Assembly (NCBI GenBank): GCA_050015515.1
Contig: JBEKBG010000003.1
Coordinates: forward strand, 6,871-70,870
DNA from: Minisyncoccia bacterium
GTDB taxonomy: Bacteria > Patescibacteriota > Minisyncoccia > UBA6257 > 2-01-FULL-56-20
Length of the DNA: 64,000 nt
Reading direction: 5' to 3'
Under the pieces are notes generated by a model that saw only the letters and a program-made list of their open reading frames with translations, did no database searches and had not been told where the DNA came from. Shown piece after piece: positions 29,050 through 41,451 of this stretch (the first letter of the stretch is position 1; every line of letters starts with the position of its first letter). The translations under genes and the position numbers were made by a program.

Positions 29050-29532
29050 ATGAACGCTTTGGCCGCCCTGAAAGTATTGGTCATCGTATTCGCCGTGATC
29101 ATCATCGTCCTATTCGGTGTACTTTTTTTCTATAATCCCGCGAAGGCGCCGCAGCTCCCGCCGGACAACGTCGTCGGTGCAAAGATACTCCAGCCGACGA
29201 TGTCCGCGGACGGGCATCTTGGCGTGACGGCTCCGCAAGCGGGCGCGTTGATCGCATCGCCAGCCACCATCATCGGCACCATCACGGACGGCGGCTGGTT
29301 CTTTGAGGGATCGTTCCCGGTAAAGATCGTGGACAGCAACGGCGCGGTCATTGGGCGCGGCGTCGCGCAGGCGCAGTCCGACTGGACGTCCACGAGCTCG
29401 GTGCCGTTCACCGCAATCGTGCAGTTCAGCGCGCCGCACGGCGCCACGGGCACCGTAGTGCTCTCCAAGGATAATCCCTCCGGCGCGCCGCAGAACGACC
29501 TATCACTCACCATCCCGGTAAGGTTTAAATAA
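29050..29532 (+). CDS. Gmad2 immunoglobulin-like domain protein, membrane-anchored
   Basis: N-terminal TM, C-terminal GWFFEGSFPVKIVDSNGAVIGRGVAQAQSDW...FTAIVQF resembles Gmad2; start at ATG 29050. Confidence 0.55.
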   Translation: MNALAALKVLVIVFAVIIIVLFGVLFFYNPAKAPQLPPDNVVGAKILQPTMSADGHLGVTAPQAGALIASPATIIGTITDGGWFFEGSFPVKIVDSNGAVIGRGVAQAQSDWTSTSSVPFTAIVQFSAPHGATGTVVLSKDNPSGAPQNDLSLTIPVRFK

Positions 29533-29536
29533 AAAC

Positions 29537-29947
29537 ATGCCTCACGAACAATTACAAAACAATAGCGAGCGGGACGACGTATTCGAAACTCCAGAGGCAC
29601 TCGGTGCGCACCTGCGTGAGCTCGGGTGGGCGGAAGATCAAGTAGCCGGATTTATCGTAGCGATACGAGCCATGCTGGAAAAGATGTCCGCCAATACTAT
29701 AGAACTCACCGTCAAAACGGATGAGGGCGGGGAAGAAATGGCCGAAGTGACGCTTACGGGCGAAGGGAGCGGGCTTGATGCCCCACAGCTTACCGAGATC
29801 GCCGCCAAGGAGGAATTTCCCCTGGAGATCCTTGATAATGCCGATGTGGAATTTTTTGCGGGAGAGAACAAGGTCATCCTGCGGCGGAAGAAGGACCGGA
29901 ACTCTGATGGATTCAAATCGATAAAAAGAAATCCCCGCCACAACTGA
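29537..29947 (+). CDS. acidic hypothetical protein (136 aa)
   Basis: ORF only. Confidence 0.4.
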   Translation: MPHEQLQNNSERDDVFETPEALGAHLRELGWAEDQVAGFIVAIRAMLEKMSANTIELTVKTDEGGEEMAEVTLTGEGSGLDAPQLTEIAAKEEFPLEILDNADVEFFAGENKVILRRKKDRNSDGFKSIKRNPRHN

Positions 29948-29965
29948 ATTTGTGTGACGGGGGTT

Positions 29966-30298
29966 TTAGAAGGGGAGTGCCAATTGCGGGCTCTCCGGTA
30001 GCGTATCTTGCGATACTTCTTGCTTCTGTATTTTCGCTTCTCTCTCCTGCTTCGCTTTCTCGCGGTTTGCGATGGCCTGGTTCGCGCCTCGCGTTCCGAG
30101 ATCGCTGCAGATATCCGAATACATTCCCTTCCTTACTGAATCATCAAAGATCCCGTGCCCGTCAAGCACCAGCCATACTGCCCTGGGTACAGGATAATGA
30201 TGTTTGTCGTGAAGGGCCGCGGCTTCGTCAGCAAGCGTTTTTATCCTTTCAAGGTACCGCTGGGTTTTCAAGGTTCGCTCCCTCCTCTGCACCATCAT
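29966..30298 (-). CDS. hypothetical charged protein; start uncertain (ATG 30298 or downstream TTG after AGGAGG)
   Basis: ORF; start at 30367 would overlap the divergent nth start, so trimmed. Confidence 0.35.
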   Translation of the reverse strand: MMVQRRERTLKTQRYLERIKTLADEAAALHDKHHYPVPRAVWLVLDGHGIFDDSVRKGMYSDICSDLGTRGANQAIANREKAKQEREAKIQKQEVSQDTLPESPQLALPF

Positions 30299-30365
30299 TT
30301 TAACATAAAGTAAAGTATCAAGCAAGTGCCTTTTGCGCCCGATTTTGCTTATAATAGAATCTACC

Positions 30366-31037
30366 ATGATTGCAGAAAAGGACCTTCCCTATTATAAAAA
30401 GCGCTGGGCCCAGATCGCAAAGACCTTACATAAGCTCTTTCCGGACCCAAAGATTGCGCTGACGTTTGGGAACAGCTGGGAATTGCTCGTAGCGGTCCAG
30501 CTCTCCGCGCAGTGCACGGACAAGAAGGTGAACCAGGTGACGCCCGCGCTGTTTAAGAAATATTCCACGCTCGATGCGTATGTGAAGGCGGGGAAGACAG
30601 CGGCCAGTATCCAGCAGTTTGAGAACATGATCCACGCCTGCGGCTTCTATCGCGCCAAGACGCGCAACATCCTGGCGGCGGCAAAATATATAAAGGAGAA
30701 GTGTGGCGGCAAGCTCCCGCGCACGATGGCGGAAATGGTGACGATCCCGGGCGTCGGTCGTAAGTCGGCGAACGTCATCCTCGGCAACGCCTATGGTGTG
30801 GTGGAAGGGATCGCGGTGGACACGCATGTGATGCGCCTGTCGCACGTGCTGGGCCTGTCGCGCGAAAAGATGCCGGAGAAGATCGAGCGCGACCTCATGG
30901 CCATCATCCCGCGCAAGGACTGGTTCGCGGCCACTTATATGATCATCGACTACGGCCGCGCGTATTGCGTGGCGCGCCCACATAAGCACGACCTGTGCCC
31001 GCTGACGAAGGTGCTGGGGAAGGGGGCGGGCAAGTGA
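30366..31037 (+). CDS. nth: endonuclease III-like HhH-GPD DNA glycosylase lacking the full 4Fe-4S cysteine cluster
   Basis: HhH-GPD motif IPGVGRKSANVILG...VDTHVMRL; C-terminus has only 2 Cys (YCVARPHKHDLCPL) instead of Cx6Cx2Cx5C. Confidence 0.8.
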   Translation: MIAEKDLPYYKKRWAQIAKTLHKLFPDPKIALTFGNSWELLVAVQLSAQCTDKKVNQVTPALFKKYSTLDAYVKAGKTAASIQQFENMIHACGFYRAKTRNILAAAKYIKEKCGGKLPRTMAEMVTIPGVGRKSANVILGNAYGVVEGIAVDTHVMRLSHVLGLSREKMPEKIERDLMAIIPRKDWFAATYMIIDYGRAYCVARPHKHDLCPLTKVLGKGAGK

Positions 31038-31081
31038 CACCGCTGGACTGGTTTTTAATGTCGTTATGGTAGAATGCGCCC

Positions 31082-31606
31082 ATGGCAAAAAATTATGCTA
31101 TGGCGAGAAAAGAAGCGCAGGAATTATATGGCACTTTTACAAGCGTTGGTTGTCCGGCATTCGGAGGTGAATTGGTTTATTTTACCTCTGAGGGATTTAA
31201 TCATTTGATCTATAAAGGAGCCGGAAAGGAGCGTGATCCAAGGGTCCAAATAATGAAATTTGAACTTTTGCCCAAGGCGCGGCTTATCATAGAAATGTCA
31301 TCTACATTTCAGGAGTATGACGAGGGATTTGAATATCGAGTCGTGGAAAAATATGGAAAGAGGATTAAGGAAAGCGTCCTCGTCCGATGTTGGGGATTGG
31401 TAGCAATCATTCAAAAGTTTCGGGTAAAAGTGGTGATACGGCAGATCGGGAATGGGAAGAAAGAATTTTATAGCGTCATTCCGGCGTGGTTCACCAGGCA
31501 ATATCGAAACATGAAAATTATTGAGACGTCCGCGAGGGGTGGATTGCTCGAGGAAGATGATGCCGAGGCACTAAAAAACGCCACCAAGAAGAGTGACGCT
31601 CTTTAG
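31082..31606 (+). CDS. AT-rich hypothetical protein (174 aa)
   Basis: ORF with extended -10 TGGTAGAAT 11 nt upstream; no recognised domain. Confidence 0.45.
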   Translation: MAKNYAMARKEAQELYGTFTSVGCPAFGGELVYFTSEGFNHLIYKGAGKERDPRVQIMKFELLPKARLIIEMSSTFQEYDEGFEYRVVEKYGKRIKESVLVRCWGLVAIIQKFRVKVVIRQIGNGKKEFYSVIPAWFTRQYRNMKIIETSARGGLLEEDDAEALKNATKKSDAL

Positions 31607-31718
31607 TGTGGTCTGTTTCCGGCTCAAGATTTGGCCAGATAGGGCTGACGCCCCGCAGTCCACGTTTCTATAGTACGCCGCGTTTTGGAAAAAAGCAACA
31701 AGGGCGGATATCCCCATT

Positions 31719-31810
31719 TTGACATCGCCAAAACTGTGCTAGAATGGATATTGTTAGTTAGAAGAAAGACCGCTTTCCGGTGTGAGGCTGGAACGCGGTT
31801 TTTCGTTTTT
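31719..31810 (+). promoter_or_regulatory. strong promoter-like element followed ~25 nt later by an intrinsic terminator (mini-transcript or attenuator upstream of the HIT gene)
   Basis: TTGACA (31719-31724), extended -10 TGcTAGAAT (31737-31745); hairpin agaccgctttcc/ggaacgcggtt then tttcgttttt (31801-31810). Confidence 0.4.
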
Positions 31811-31852
31811 ATGGAGTTGGTTAAAAAGATATTTTAGAAGTATATTGAACTA

Positions 31853-32302
31853 ATGGATTGTATTTTCTGCAAAATCGTGAAAGGAGGGGCGCCGTCTCAT
31901 AAGATATGGGAGGATGAAAAGCATTTGGCTTTTCTCTCTATTTTTCCTAACACGGAAGGATTTTCAGTCGTTATTACCAAAGAGCATTTCCCCAGCTATC
32001 CATTTAATCTGCCGGAAGATGTATTGATCGGGTTATTGTTGGCAACAAAAAAAGTAGCAAAGCTTTTAGACGCGAAGCTTGATGACGTTGGTCGTACCGG
32101 AATGATATTTGAAGGATTCGGTGTTGATCATATCCACGCAAAACTTTTTCCGATGCATGGCACGAAGATGCTGGAATGGAAGCCTATAAAATCGAACGTC
32201 GATAAATATTTTGAAAAATATGAGGGGTATATCTCTTCACACGACTATAAGCGAGGGGATGACGAGAGGCTGTCCGCGCTTGCGAAGAAGATAAGAGAAT
32301 AG
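31853..32302 (+). CDS. HIT (histidine triad) family hydrolase
   Basis: HIT motif VDHIHAKLFP (HxHxHxx) and N-terminal CIFCKI. Confidence 0.85.
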   Translation: MDCIFCKIVKGGAPSHKIWEDEKHLAFLSIFPNTEGFSVVITKEHFPSYPFNLPEDVLIGLLLATKKVAKLLDAKLDDVGRTGMIFEGFGVDHIHAKLFPMHGTKMLEWKPIKSNVDKYFEKYEGYISSHDYKRGDDERLSALAKKIRE

Positions 32303-32446
32303 CACATGGGCAGTTTTTTATTTTTGACTCTTTATTAAATTTCCATTAAACTGGTCTGGCAGGAAAGAATCGCATGAGTACCCCCTATAGCCCCCGGGCA
32401 AGGGGCACTTTGCTGATTGCCCGAGGGCGTCATTATAAATACAGCC

Positions 32447-34494
32447 ATGAACCACTTCGAGATCATATCCGATAACCAGCCCGCAGGGGATCAGCCGAAG
32501 GCGATTGCATCGCTTGTTTCGGGTTTGCGCTCGGGTCTGCGCGACCAGACCCTGCTTGGCGTGACCGGCTCCGGCAAGACCTTCACGATGGCGAACGTGA
32601 TCCAGCAAATGGGCAAGCCGACGCTCGTGATCGCGCACAACAAGACGCTCGCCGCACAGCTCTGCAACGAGTTCCGCGAGCTCTTCCCGAACTCGTCCGT
32701 CAATTATTTCGTCTCGTACTACGACTACTATCAGCCGGAGGCATACATGCCGTCGAGCGACACCTATATAGACAAGGAGGCGCTGATCAACGACGAGATC
32801 GACAAGTTGCGCCACGCCGCGACGATGGCGCTCCTCACGCGGCGCGATGTGATCATCGTGGCGTCGGTATCGTGTATCTACGGCCTCGGCGCACCGGAGG
32901 AATATGCGAAAAATATTATTCGGTTTAAGGTAGGCGACCCGGTGGAGCGCCGCGATTTTTCGCGCAAGCTGGTTTCATTGCAGTTCAATCGTACCACCGC
33001 CGATTTGAAGCGCGCCACGTACCGCCTGCGCGGCGAAAATTGGGAGATCATGCCGGCGGACCGCGAGGTCATTTATAACTTGGAGGTATCGGGCGGCATC
33101 ATCCGCGCCATCTACGAAGTAGATCCGGTGAAGGGATTTCAGCCGGGCAAGACGCCGCAAATTCGGGACATCTTGTTCGCGCCGGCGAAGCACTTCATCA
33201 CCGCACCGGCATCACGCGAGCGGGCGCTCGTTGAGATTAAAAAAGAATTAAAAGAGCAGCTCGTGAAGTTCGAGAAGGAAAAGAAGTTTCTGGAGGCGGA
33301 GCGCATCGAGCGCCGCACCAAGTTCGACCTCGCCATGATGGCCGAGGTGGGATACTGTCACGGTATCGAGAACTACTCGCGCCATCTTTCCGGCCGAGCC
33401 GCCGGCGAGCCGCCGGCAACACTACTCGATTATTTCCCGCACCGCGAGGACGGTTCGCCCGATTTTCTCACCATCATCGACGAGTCGCACATGACCGTGC
33501 CGCAGCTGCAGGGGATGTTCAATGGCGACGCGGCGCGTAAAAAAACTTTAGTGGAGTATGGCTTTCGTTTGCCGTCGGCGATCGACAACCGCCCGCTCCG
33601 GTTCGAAGAATTCGACGCGCGGATCGGTCAGGTCATCTATACTTCGGCCACGCCGAGCCCGTACGAGATCAAAGTGAGCCAGCCGCCGAAGGGCCAGGTG
33701 GTTGAGCAGATCATCCGCCCGACCGGTCTTGTCGATCCCAAAATCACGATCAAGTCCGCGCGCGGACAGGTGGAAGACCTTATCCCGCGCATTCAGGAGC
33801 GCGTGGCAAAGCACGAGCGCGTGCTTGTAACGACACTTACCAAGCGTATGGCGGAAGATCTGAGCGCATACTTGGAAGAGAAAAAAATAAAGGTGAACTA
33901 TCTGCACAGCGACGTGAAGACGATGGACCGCATCAAGATCCTGACCGACCTGCGGCGTGGCAAGATCGAAGTGCTTGTCGGCGTGAACCTGCTCCGCGAA
34001 GGCCTCGACCTGCCGGAGGTTTCGCTCGTAGCGATCCTCGACGCAGATAAAGAAGGATTCCTGCGCAGCGAGGTTTCTTTGATCCAGACCATTGGCCGGG
34101 CCGCACGCAATGTGGAAGGCGAGGTGGTAATGTATGCGGACAACATCACTGGTTCCATCGAGCGCGCCGTCCGCGAGACCGACCGCCGTCGTAAGATTCA
34201 GGTTGCATATAATATAGAACATCACATCACGCCGCGCACGATCGTACGGAAGATATCGGATATTTTGTCGAGCATCGACATCGATGAGATTCTAAAACTC
34301 GAAACGATGCCGGTGCCACGGTCGAAGACGGCGCTTCAGCGGCTGATTATGGAAAAGGAAAAAGAGATGCGCCTTGCCGCGAAAGATTTGAATTTCGAAC
34401 TTGCGGGAATATTGCGCGATGAGATACGGGAGTTGAAAAAGAAGGCGGCGGCGGTGGAGGAGGTGATGAAGGACGCGAAAATCATTAAAAAAAG

Positions 34495-34498
<4 letters not shown>
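32447..34498 (+). CDS. uvrB: excinuclease ABC subunit B
   Basis: helicase motifs (GVTGSGKT Walker A, DESH), beta-hairpin region, C-terminal UVR domain. Confidence 0.95.
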
Positions 34499-37056
<2,558 letters not shown>

Positions 37057-37078
37057 TATTGAATGGTATAATAAAATC

Positions 37079-37357
37079 ATGAAAATCTTCGACAATAAGA
37101 TCTGGCGGGACGGGCAGAAGATCGCGTGGATCGACGGCAACCATATCCGCACGGATCAAGGCGGCGAAAAGCTCGGCTATTTTGAGAATAACTTCATCTA
37201 TAACATGGCGGGGCACAAAGTGGCATATATTTTTGAGAACGAATTGCGATTTGAGAATGGGGGCGACGCGGTCCCGCTTGAGCATATCAACGAGGAGATA
37301 GAAGGCGCGGCGCCGTTGCTCGAGAAATGCGCGGTGCATGTGCTGTTGCAGGATTAG
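37079..37357 (+). CDS. small hypothetical protein with an internal duplicated beta-repeat (92 aa)
   Basis: two similar segments KIAWIDGNHIRTDQGGEKLGYFENNF and KVAYIFENELRFENGG. Confidence 0.4.
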   Translation: MKIFDNKIWRDGQKIAWIDGNHIRTDQGGEKLGYFENNFIYNMAGHKVAYIFENELRFENGGDAVPLEHINEEIEGAAPLLEKCAVHVLLQD

Positions 37358-37366
37358 CGGATAACG

Positions 37367-38662
37367 ATGGTGAAAACTTCCGTTCCGTACAAAAATTTTC
37401 CCGAAACGCCGGGTGTTTATATTATGAAAGACGCCGCCCGGCGTGTTTTGTACGTGGGCAAGGCGGGAAATTTGCGCCGACGCGTGTCGAGTTATTTTGA
37501 GCGCCCGCACGACGTGCGCATTCAGACGCTCGTCAGCAAGATCGCGCACATTGACTTTGAGCAGAAGGATACCGCGCTCGAGGCGCTGATCCGCGAGGCG
37601 GAACTGATCAAGACGCTCGTGCCGCCGTTCAATGTGCGCGAGAAGGACGATAAGAGTTTTTTATACTTTGAGATCACACGCGAGAAATTTCCGCGCGTGC
37701 TACTGGTGCGCGGGAGTGGAGTGGCAAACGAAGGCCGTGGCGGCGTGGGCGGCGGCGTGGTTCAAGGCAAGCGCTTCGGTCCCTTCACCTCGGCGTCAAG
37801 CGCGCGCGAGGCGTTGCGTATTCTGCGGCGGATCTTCCCGTGGAGCACGCACGATCTGGACGAGATCGGCACAATGAAGCGGCCGTGCTTCAACTACGAG
37901 ATCGGACTTTGCCCGGGTACGTGCGTGGGAGTGATCACCCATGAGGATTATATAAAGAACATCGACCGGCTTAAGCTGTTCTTCGAAGGAAAGAAGGCGC
38001 GCATCATCCGTGCGATCGAGAAGGATATGAAGGCGGCGAGTAAAAGGGAGGAGTTCGAGAAGGCAGAGGTTTTGAAGCGGCAGGTGTTCGCTTTGCGGCA
38101 TATTCAGGACACGGCGCTTATTTCGGACAACGACGCTCTCGTGGCGGGAACTATCGGTTTCGGAAACACTCCATTGAAGGTGGGCTATCGTATTGAAGGC
38201 TATGACATCTCGAACATCTCCGGTACGTCCGCCGTCGGATCTATGGTGGTGTTCGAGGACGGCGCGCCGAATAGGAGCGAGTATCGCAAGTTCAAGATCC
38301 GCAGCATTTTCCAACCGAACGACGTTGGAATGTTAAAAGAGGTCTTGGAGCGGCGCTTTGCGCACGCAGCGGTGGCGTCTGCGGCTGAATCAAAGTCAAA
38401 AAATCAGTGGCCGATGCCCGACCTTCTCCTCATTGATGGCGGTCTCGCGCAGGTGAACACCGCGCGCCGCGTGTTACTCCGTGCCGGGATAAAGATCCCC
38501 ATCATCGGCATCGCAAAAGGGCCGCGCCGTGATCGCAACGACGTCATTGGCCTCGTACCGAAGGGCGTGCAAAAGGCGACGCTCATCAAAGTGCGCGATG
38601 AGGCACACCGGTTTGCCATCGCGTACCATAAGGCCTTGCGGCGTGTAAGAACGTTCGCATAG
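37367..38662 (+). CDS. uvrC: excinuclease ABC subunit C lacking the C-terminal (HhH)2 domain (431 aa)
   Basis: GIY-YIG motif (GVYIMKD...YVGKAGNLRRR), UVR domain, RNase H-like endonuclease domain (IEGYDISNI...VVFEDG); ORF ends before HhH region. Confidence 0.85.
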   Translation: MVKTSVPYKNFPETPGVYIMKDAARRVLYVGKAGNLRRRVSSYFERPHDVRIQTLVSKIAHIDFEQKDTALEALIREAELIKTLVPPFNVREKDDKSFLYFEITREKFPRVLLVRGSGVANEGRGGVGGGVVQGKRFGPFTSASSAREALRILRRIFPWSTHDLDEIGTMKRPCFNYEIGLCPGTCVGVITHEDYIKNIDRLKLFFEGKKARIIRAIEKDMKAASKREEFEKAEVLKRQVFALRHIQDTALISDNDALVAGTIGFGNTPLKVGYRIEGYDISNISGTSAVGSMVVFEDGAPNRSEYRKFKIRSIFQPNDVGMLKEVLERRFAHAAVASAAESKSKNQWPMPDLLLIDGGLAQVNTARRVLLRAGIKIPIIGIAKGPRRDRNDVIGLVPKGVQKATLIKVRDEAHRFAIAYHKALRRVRTFA

Positions 38663-38676
38663 CATGGTATTATGAG

Positions 38677-40341
38677 ATGATGATCGCCGACGAGATAAAA
38701 CAATTTTTCCATGGCGACGTGGCCGCCGACGACGCGACGCTCACGAAGTTCAGCCGCGACTATTCGCTCTTTAAAGTGCGCCCGCAGGTGGTGGTATTCC
38801 CGAAAGACGTCGATGATATAAAAAACTTGGTGAAGTTCGTCGCGCAAAAAAAGGCGGCGGGGGAGGACGTTTCGCTCACCGGCCGCTCGGCCGGCACGGA
38901 CATGACCGGCGGCCCGCTGAGCCAGGGGATCATCGTCTCGTTCACAAAATATTTTAATCATATCGTGGAGATCGGGAGTGACGAAGCGAAGGTCCAGCCC
39001 GGCGTCTACTTCCGCGATTTCGAGAAGGCGTTGACCGAGAAGGGGCTTTTATATCCGGCATTTCCCGCATCAAAGGACCTGTGCGCGTTGGGTGGTATGG
39101 TCAACAACAATTCCGGGGGCGAAAAGACGCTCGCGTACGGAAAGACGGAGGATTACGTGCAGGCGGTGAAGATCGTTCTGGGCGATGGCGAGGAGCACAC
39201 GCTGTGGCCGCTCTCGGGCGATGCGCTCAAAGCAAAGCTGGCCGAGACTAGCTTCGAGGGCGATATCTATCGCAAACTATATAAGCTCATCGAGGACAAT
39301 TACGACGTCATCAAAGCGGCAAAGCCGGACGTTTCAAAAAACTCCGCCGGATATTATTTATGGAATGTGTGGAATCGTGCGACCGGCGTATTCGACATCA
39401 CGAAAGTGATCGTCGGTTCGCAGGGGACGTTCGGCATGCTCACCGAGGCGAAGTTGAAGCTCGTACCGCTCAAAAAACATTCGCGCCTGTGCGTGGTGTT
39501 CTTGAAAGACCTTGCGCCGGTCGCGGACCTTGTGGAGGCGGTTCTACCATTCAAGCCGGAGAGCATCGAATCATACGACGACAAGACGATGGAGGTAGCG
39601 GTCAAGCTGTGGCGACAAGTGATCGGTTCCATGAAGGGTAACGTGATCACGCTCGGGCTCCAGTTCCTGCCAGAGGTATGGATGGTGCTTCGCGGCGGCA
39701 TGCCGAAGATGATCATGCTGGTGGAGTTGACGGGTGATGATGAGAAGGCGCTTGTAGCGAAATTGGTGATGCTGGGCGACGCGGTGAAGAAGTTCGCAAA
39801 GACGCACGCCGGCATTCAGGTGCTTGAGCTTAAAAATGAAAAGGAAGAGCAGAAATATTGGACGATCCGCCGCGAAAGTTTCGCGCTGTTACATAACAAC
39901 ACCACCGGTAAAGATACCGCGCCGTTCATTGATGACTTCATCGTCAAGCCCGAATATATGCCGGAGGTGCTTCCTCAAGTGAACGCCATTCTCGATAAAT
40001 ATAAAAAAGACCTCATCTATACCATCGCCGGGCATCCGGGCAACGGCAATTTTCACATCATTCCGCTGATGGATCTCAAGAGCGAGCGCGTGCGGGCGCT
40101 GATCCCAAAGATCTCGGAGGAGGTCTATCAGCTGGTGTTCAAATACCATGGTTCGATCACCGCGGAGCATAACGACGGCCTGATCCGTACGCCATATCTG
40201 GAGGAAATGTATGGGCCGAAGATAGAGGAGCTGTTCGTGGAGACAAAAAAGATCTTTGACCCGTTGAATATCTTCAATCCCGGCAAAAAAGTGGGCGGCA
40301 GCCTGCAATACAGCGAGGATCATATAGCGCCGTCACAATAA
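38677..40341 (+). CDS. FAD-binding oxidoreductase (FAD-linked oxidase/GlcD-like, PCMH fold)
   Basis: FAD-binding PCMH motifs (LTGRSAGTDMTGGPL; GHPGNGNFH). Confidence 0.75.
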   Translation: MMIADEIKQFFHGDVAADDATLTKFSRDYSLFKVRPQVVVFPKDVDDIKNLVKFVAQKKAAGEDVSLTGRSAGTDMTGGPLSQGIIVSFTKYFNHIVEIGSDEAKVQPGVYFRDFEKALTEKGLLYPAFPASKDLCALGGMVNNNSGGEKTLAYGKTEDYVQAVKIVLGDGEEHTLWPLSGDALKAKLAETSFEGDIYRKLYKLIEDNYDVIKAAKPDVSKNSAGYYLWNVWNRATGVFDITKVIVGSQGTFGMLTEAKLKLVPLKKHSRLCVVFLKDLAPVADLVEAVLPFKPESIESYDDKTMEVAVKLWRQVIGSMKGNVITLGLQFLPEVWMVLRGGMPKMIMLVELTGDDEKALVAKLVMLGDAVKKFAKTHAGIQVLELKNEKEEQKYWTIRRESFALLHNNTTGKDTAPFIDDFIVKPEYMPEVLPQVNAILDKYKKDLIYTIAGHPGNGNFHIIPLMDLKSERVRALIPKISEEVYQLVFKYHGSITAEHNDGLIRTPYLEEMYGPKIEELFVETKKIFDPLNIFNPGKKVGGSLQYSEDHIAPSQ

Positions 40342-40419
40342 GAAGTGAGACCCCTCCTTTTGTGCGCTCACCGTCCTTGTGGGGCATTTGCGCACAAAAG
40401 AAGGGGCTTCACTTCTTAT
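40338..40419. terminator. ~30-bp imperfect hairpin after the oxidoreductase gene
   Basis: ataagaagtgagacccctccttttgtgcgc ... gcgcacaaaagaaggggcttcacttcttat. Confidence 0.5.
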
Positions 40420-40473
40420 TGTAGGTAGAGCGTCTTTAATATTTCTTTAATCCGGTTTTGGTATGGTGGATGG

Positions 40474-41451
40474 GTGAAAACACGCGCCCGCGCCGTCTCA
40501 TATTTTTTATCCATCGTCGCCATCGCCGTGATATTCTTCACCATCGAGTTTGTCACGGAAAAATTTTTTTATCCCAACGATGAAGTGGTGGATATACTTG
40601 CCGCGATCATCGGCGCGCTTTCGTTCGCGCGGTGCAAGCGGTTCTTTGACGTGGCGACCGACCGGATATTTTTCCGCGGCCCGCGCGACGAGCGCGCGGA
40701 ATTCATTTCCAATATTTCCCATGAGCTCCAGACGCCGATCGCCATCCTGCGGGGCAATGTGGAGGTGTTGCAAGGCGGCCGTGCCACCGACGCGGAACGG
40801 GCAACGGCCGAGCGGGTGATCGTGTCGACGCTCGACGGCATGTCGCGCCTGATCGGCAATGTTCTTGAAAGCGCAAAATTAAAATTTTCCAAAAAAATAT
40901 TATACGAACAGGATATTGCCGTGGGGATGCTCTTGCGCGAAACGCACGAGGATTGCCTATTGCTCGCGGAAGATAAGGGCATTCGTTTATTGCTTGAGAT
41001 CGACGAGCGCGCGGAAGATGATATTTTCGTGCGCGGCAACCGCGACCGGTTGAAGGAGGTATTGTTCAACCTTATCAGCAATGCGCTCAAACACACGCCG
41101 TGCGGCGGGGCGATCGCGTTGCGTGTGGAACGGGCCCGCGCCACAGGCGCCACTGGCGTCGCGCGCATCACCGTCGAAGATTCAGGATGCGGCATCGCGC
41201 CGGAAGAATTGCCGCATATCTTCGAGCGGTTCTATCGGATCGAAGAACGCACCACCGACGGATCAGGCCGCTCTGCCGTGCCTGGCACTGGCATCGGCCT
41301 CAACATCTGCCGTGAGATCGTGGAGGCGCATAAAGGAACAATCACTGCTGAAAGTGCGTCGGGGAAGGGGAGCCGATTCATCATCAGCCTGCCGTTGTCG
41401 CCGCCGGCACGCGCACCCGCTTCCCACGCCGTTTCTGCTATAATTAATTAA
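40474..41451 (+). CDS. sensor histidine kinase (HisKA + HATPase_c), single N-terminal TM; no adjacent response regulator
   Basis: H-box ISHELQTPIAIL, N-box LISNALKHT, G-boxes DSGCGI and GTGIGLNI; GTG start. Confidence 0.85.
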   Translation: MKTRARAVSYFLSIVAIAVIFFTIEFVTEKFFYPNDEVVDILAAIIGALSFARCKRFFDVATDRIFFRGPRDERAEFISNISHELQTPIAILRGNVEVLQGGRATDAERATAERVIVSTLDGMSRLIGNVLESAKLKFSKKILYEQDIAVGMLLRETHEDCLLLAEDKGIRLLLEIDERAEDDIFVRGNRDRLKEVLFNLISNALKHTPCGGAIALRVERARATGATGVARITVEDSGCGIAPEELPHIFERFYRIEERTTDGSGRSAVPGTGIGLNICREIVEAHKGTITAESASGKGSRFIISLPLSPPARAPASHAVSAIIN

